A stretch of DNA of 64,000 nt from Eledone cirrhosa (Eukaryota). The stretch lies in assembly GCA_964016885.1 (NCBI GenBank), contig OZ024755.1, positions 24,924,001 to 24,988,000 of the forward strand. The letters are read 5' to 3'. The notes beneath the pieces are model-generated. The model did not search any database and was not told where the DNA came from. It saw only the letters and a list, made by a program, of their open reading frames with translations. The position numbers and the translations under genes are program-made. Shown here piece by piece: positions 58,571 to 64,000 of this stretch; within the stretch, counting starts at the first letter, position 1, and each line of letters opens with the position of its first letter.

Positions 58571-58867
58571 ATTACTTCTCTGGTCACCAGATGAAAAGCG
58601 TCGAGTAGGATGTCAAAACATAATAATCAAGACTCTGTTAGCGAGTCACTGCCCTTACTAATTAAGAAAAAATACAAACCTAAATTGTGACAACTATCAA
58701 ACATCCAGCTAGTTGATAATTGTTACAATTTAGGTTTGTATTTTTTCTTAATTTATTCTTTTAAATTGAGTCTGGCAAACCCTATTGTTCATAGTTAGTA
58801 TTTTTTCACCCTAGCGAATCTGGTCCCTTACGATTTGAACACATATATGTATATATCTTTTATATTC

Positions 58868-58969
<102 letters not shown>

Positions 58970-59019
58970 ATATATATATATATATGTATGTATGTATGTG
59001 TGTGTGTGTGTGTGTGTGT

Positions 59020-59250
59020 AAGCCGCCGTCTGGTGGATCGATTCACCGAACATCTGAGTGATATACGACTGCACAAAGACATCTCTGGCGCTCGTCACTT
59101 CCGTTTCCCAAACTACTCTACTCAACACTCACTGACTCAGGCCTCATTTTGTTTACATCACGGATCCCCAGCTAACCGCATCAGAAGCGAGCAGAACTAA
59201 ATTTTTCGCTTTGGAACTACTTTTCCGAATGGACTCAACTTCCCCCTTCC
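59020..59250 (+). mobile_element. Penelope-like element GIY-YIG endonuclease C-terminal relic
   Basis: RRLVDRFTEHLSDIRLHKDISGARHF....RIRSEQN*IFRFGTTFPNGLN (compare R.L..RF.EH...VA.HF...R...E...I..LGT..P.GLN); begins at a (TG)n tract. Confidence 0.85.
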
Positions 59251-59809
59251 TCAAACACACACACAGTTTCTATAACCTCCCGTTATTCTTGCTCTCACAC
59301 ACAATCATACGCACACACACACTACTCTTCAGTCACCACACAATACAAACTCACATTTCCAACACCCGTATATACCACCCAACACATATATACCTTTTCA
59401 TACACATAACCATTTAAATCCTACACTTTCCATTGCATGTATGCATTGTACTGTGTCGTTTGTATGTTATTTCTGTTTACCTTTTCACACACACACACAC
59501 ATTATATATATATATATATATATATAACAATTATACATATATATAACATGAAATCTGACATTTTATGTTAACATGAAAATGAGAAATATTCCAGATTCAT
59601 GTCATACTAGAGTGTGTGTTAACCACCCTCTTTAAACATTGTATCAGTCATACTGCTTTTAAAATATATTATTTCACTTTCAGTGCCAACTATGTGAAAT
59701 ATCATCATTAGAACTTATATAATAATACTATTATAAGACTGTAATATTAACTCCGTGTTATTGTGGTGTAGCGTATAGTGTATAGTTTATAATATAATTG
59801 CACTTTCTC

Positions 59810-60075
59810 TTCTTGTTCTTCTTCGCCCACTTATTCCTGGGAGGGCTATAGTGACAGAGTCCTCAAGCACACCTTCCAACGGTTTCTGTTACCGAACTAA
59901 TGGATCTCATCCAACCATCATGCTAGATGTGTACCTCTGAGTCACCTGCCTGTTGGGTTTGACAGTAAAATCTCTCCAGCGATTCTTTCATGAGATATTT
60001 TAACCATATGTCCGTAATATCAGAGTTGTGATCTCTCAATTCGGAGTATTAGTGGGTCTATCTGGAGAGAGACTA
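59810..60075 (-). mobile_element. RTE LINE 3' end (third copy of the 415/43720 family)
   Basis: Minus strand: SLQIDPLILRIERSQL*YYGHMVKISHERIAG...SQE* plus GAA tail. Confidence 0.8.
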
Positions 60076-61059
60076 TTTGATGTCCAATCAAATAATTGCA
60101 CCTTCGTATCAAATAAGATAATGAAGCATGTGCCTCCAGAAATATGTGCCATGTCAGTGTGCTCCGAGTGTAAGCAGGGGATGTATCAACTACTATACAT
60201 ACAAACATACCACTCTTATAACCCATCAGTGTTATAAGTCTTCTATAAGGTATGAATTATGATAAGTAGTTCAGTAATAAGAGGGTTGTTTTATCTCTTC
60301 TATCGTTCCTACAACTAAGAAATCTATTAGAATTTCTCTTTCTCGTTTTGCTAATTCAAAGCCTATCGCAACAGATTTTTCCAAACCCTTTATCCTCACA
60401 ACCGTAAATGTCTGAATGATCATACTGTCCAAGTTTCCCTATACGTATCAAACCACAGTTAGTGGGCTATAAGTATAGCATAAATATCACACAATCTCAT
60501 TAACCTCGTAATAAAGACGGTGTCTTGTGTTATGTCGTAAATAAATCGATATGTTATTTTGACTTCGGCGGGATTTGAATTGAGAGTGTAGAGAGATGGA
60601 CCAATTACCGTGAGAGTTAATTTGATGCTTTAATTCGCCGCTGACATACACGGAGAGACGAGAGTAAGAAATCATTACAAATTACATTGACTATCGTTTT
60701 CCTGAGAACGTATCACGTGGGATTTGCTCTGTAACAATTTCTCCTCGCGGGTGATATCATTAAGCAGTTCTCCAGGAAGTAAAATCGAAATTATTGTGAT
60801 GTATTTTACGCCTTTAGCATCATCTCAACTTAAAATCTCATTACACACTCTCAACACCATGATTTTATCGGTTGAGCTGCTTTGTTTGACCAAGCGCAGA
60901 GATGCTATTTTTAGCATCCTCCCACAAAATTACTTTAATAGCCTGTTCTTGACAGATATTGTCGAACATACACGCACGGTCAGTCTGGCGTCGTCTCTGC
61001 ATAAATATAACGAGAAATGTTTGGTATTATTAGGACAACCTGTTGAAATGACCACCCCC

Positions 61060-61710
61060 AGGCCTACACAGGCAAGAGTTTTAGTTTGCATCTGAGAGTG
61101 ATGTTTTGTCTTTCCAGATTGGTTTCAGTTTAAGTGCTTTAGCTGTTTGAGCACTTCTTGCAAGGAACTCTGACTTTGATCCATCTTGATAATGGCACAA
61201 AGGTACTTGAACTACGGCAAAGTCTCCATCTGTTGATCACTGACTGTGATCCTTCTTTCCATTGGCTTTGTAGTGCTTGTCATCAGTCTGGTTTTCTTGG
61301 CACTGATCTCTATGCCGTATCTGTCAGAACTTACGTCCAAGCGGGTCACCAGTTCAGCGAGTTCTTCTTCACTTCCAGTCAGCGAACCTGAGATGTGTGA
61401 CAATTCGTTCTCCTATAGTGATTGTGTCAGGATTGCCTTCTAGGGCATCGGTCATGATAAGCTCAACGAAGATGTTCAACAGTGTCGGGGAGAGTAGACA
61501 GCTCTGTCGGACGCATACTGACGTGTCACCAATCGCCAATCGTACCCTGGAGAAGTGCCACACTCGAGGCCTACGCATACAGCTGTTGTATGGCGTAGAT
61601 GATCTTTGGGCCCATGATATATTTCTTCATGGTCACCGACAGCGCATCCTGTCACACTGTGCCGAATGGTTTCTTTAAGTCGACGACTACGTGGTAAAGA
61701 TGTACTTCTT
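61060..61710 (-). mobile_element. RTE reverse transcriptase relic
   Basis: [13 protein letters not shown]...[20 protein letters not shown]...THLRFAD...LDVSSDRYGIEISAKKTRLM...FKYL. Confidence 0.9.
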
Positions 61711-61987
61711 GATATATATATATATATATATACACACTCACACATATATATATATACACACATATATATATATATATATACACACATATATATATATACA
61801 CATATATATATATATATATACACATATAATATATATATATACACATATAATATATATATATACACATATAATATATATATATACACATATAATATATATA
61901 TATACACATATAATATATATATATATATACACACATATAATATATATATATATATATACACACATATATATATATATATATAAATAC

Positions 61988-62022
<35 letters not shown>

Positions 62023-62037
62023 TATATATATATATAA

Positions 62038-62072
<35 letters not shown>

Positions 62073-62177
62073 CATACACACACACATATATATATATATA
62101 CACACATATATATATATATAAATACATACACACACACACACATATATATATATACACACACACACACACATATATAT

Positions 62178-62226
<49 letters not shown>

Positions 62227-62233
62227 TATATAT

Positions 62234-62267
<34 letters not shown>

Positions 62268-63054
62268 AAATGTGTGTGTGTGTGTCAGGTTACCCTTCAA
62301 CGCTTCTGGTAACATTTAACTCAGTACAACCTGTGCATGGCTGGGTCTTCGGTGACTAAACCGGCAACCCCACCGAGCTTGATTGATGAGGAAGGTCATT
62401 TTGGACAACCTGAGGGATGAAAAACAAAATCGGTCAAAGGGCGGAGGAACTCAGACGAGTCAACGGCCATTCAATAAAGCTTTTTTTTTTCGTTTTGGAG
62501 CGAGAGGCCCCCAGGCTTCATTAAGACATCTCTATAGGAGAAGTCACTCTGATATAAAACCTGCGACTTCATTTGTAACCAATGATGTAGATCAGTTCTT
62601 TTTGGGTAAATGCATTCGATGTTCAGAGACTGGGATTGGCCCCGTGCAAAGCCTTTCCTCGCTTAAAAAAGCTTCAAGCACAGGTATCGCTTGATATGTG
62701 ACTTTTTTGCGATGCATGGTATAGCTGACCATAGGTAAGTTACTAACTGGACTAAAATACCACATCCGTGATGCTCATGCTTAAGTATCAAGCGAGTGCA
62801 TTACTCGAAATCGAGTTACAGCCATGATATATATGGATGGTTTAAAAACAAGTGTATATACAACGTTCAAACATTAACTGAATGAGGACTCAATAAATGT
62901 TAGAAGAAGGTAAGATTTATTTTGAGGAAAGCGTGCCAATGTGTGCGTATATGTGTGTGTGTATATATGTTACTCACAGTCGAGGATAATTTAATAGTGT
63001 ACCATGCTTTTAGGTGCTCATGTTGTATGTATACACACACAGGTATATACACAA

Positions 63055-63115
<61 letters not shown>

Positions 63116-63464
63116 GAGAGAGAGAGAGTGTGTACTTATATACATATTTATATGTAAAACAGTAAGAAAGGCCCCAGCCTCCACCCCACCCCTGTAACAA
63201 CAACAACATCAACATGACAATCAATCATCAGCTATAGCCATCAGCATCATCATCAATAAGAACAAGACGTATACAAAAGAAAATAATCCAAGATGGCAGA
63301 CGAAACAAGCGCCATTTTGAAAGAACGTATATCCACGAATATCTAAGTCACTTCAAATAAATTCTTACCCTATTTTCTCCTTTTGTTTTCATTTTAGTTT
63401 TATTGTATGAAGGTAAGGGGATGACTGCGGATGTGTGTAAGGGTGGGTGTTATGTTGTAGTGTT

Positions 63465-63800
63465 AGTGATGTTGTTGTTGTTGTTGTTGCTGTCGTTGTG
63501 CTGTGGATGTTGTTGTTGCTCTGCTGCTATCGTTGCTACTGTTTTGCTGTTGTTGTTGTTGCTTCTGTTACTGTTGCTGTCGTTGCTACTATTGTTGCTG
63601 CTTCTGTTTGTTTGTTTTTTGCTGCAGTTGTTTATATTACTGTTGTTGTCGTTGCTGTTGTTGTTGTTGCCATTGTTGTTGTTTTTTGAGGTTTTTTTTC
63701 CTGTTGCCTTTGCTACTGTTGTTATTGCTGTCGTTGTTGTTGCTACTGTTGTTGCTGTTGTTGTTGTTGCTACTGTTGTTGCTGTTGTTGTTGTTGCTAA
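63465..63800. repeat. (GTT/GCT)n microsatellite
   Basis: Direct inspection. Confidence 0.95.
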
Positions 63801-64000
63801 TACATTTTCAGTTTATTTCTTGCTTTATTTTTTTAGTGACTCCTCCCCTCCCATTCCCTCTCCTTTTAATGTCCCTTACACACTCCTAGAACATTCAGCA
63901 CGCACGCACACACACAAACACACACGTTCACACAAGCCCGCACACATACACCACGCCTACACACATAGAACCTTACGCGCACAAACATACACTCATGCAT

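Noticed and set aside
62287-62430. Possible LINE 5' UTR with an HDV-like ribozyme
   Set aside because: I could not assign the nested double-pseudoknot pairings by eye.

Overview
Eukaryotic, AT-rich, microsatellite-saturated intergenic or intronic DNA. The SINE, LINE and microsatellite repertoire points to an octopod cephalopod (inferred from recalled repeat families, not from a search). I find no intact protein-coding gene: the long ORFs are (TA)n/(CA)n/trinucleotide artefacts or decayed transposon fragments. Contents: (1) about 25 copies or fragments of a tRNA-derived SINE, several young with clear target-site duplications, plus two older SINE families; (2) relics of RTE, R4/Dong-type, CRE-like and Tx1/L1 LINEs, a Penelope GIY-YIG fragment, two mariners, a hAT MITE, and piggyBac/Tigger/Helitron-like ends; (3) several minisatellites. 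Most notable is a dense, sequence-diverse set of short elements embedded in (TA)n tracts. They carry minimal type-I hammerhead ribozyme cores (CUGANGA...GAAA..NUH), often form fold-back palindromes at the ribozyme, and share a downstream TA(C)TYGAG motif, consistent with Penelope-type pLTR or retrozyme-like elements. Also notable is a roughly 270-330 bp non-coding module present in three diverged copies (about 1.1, 40.3 and 50.7 kb) that I cannot assign to a known repeat.
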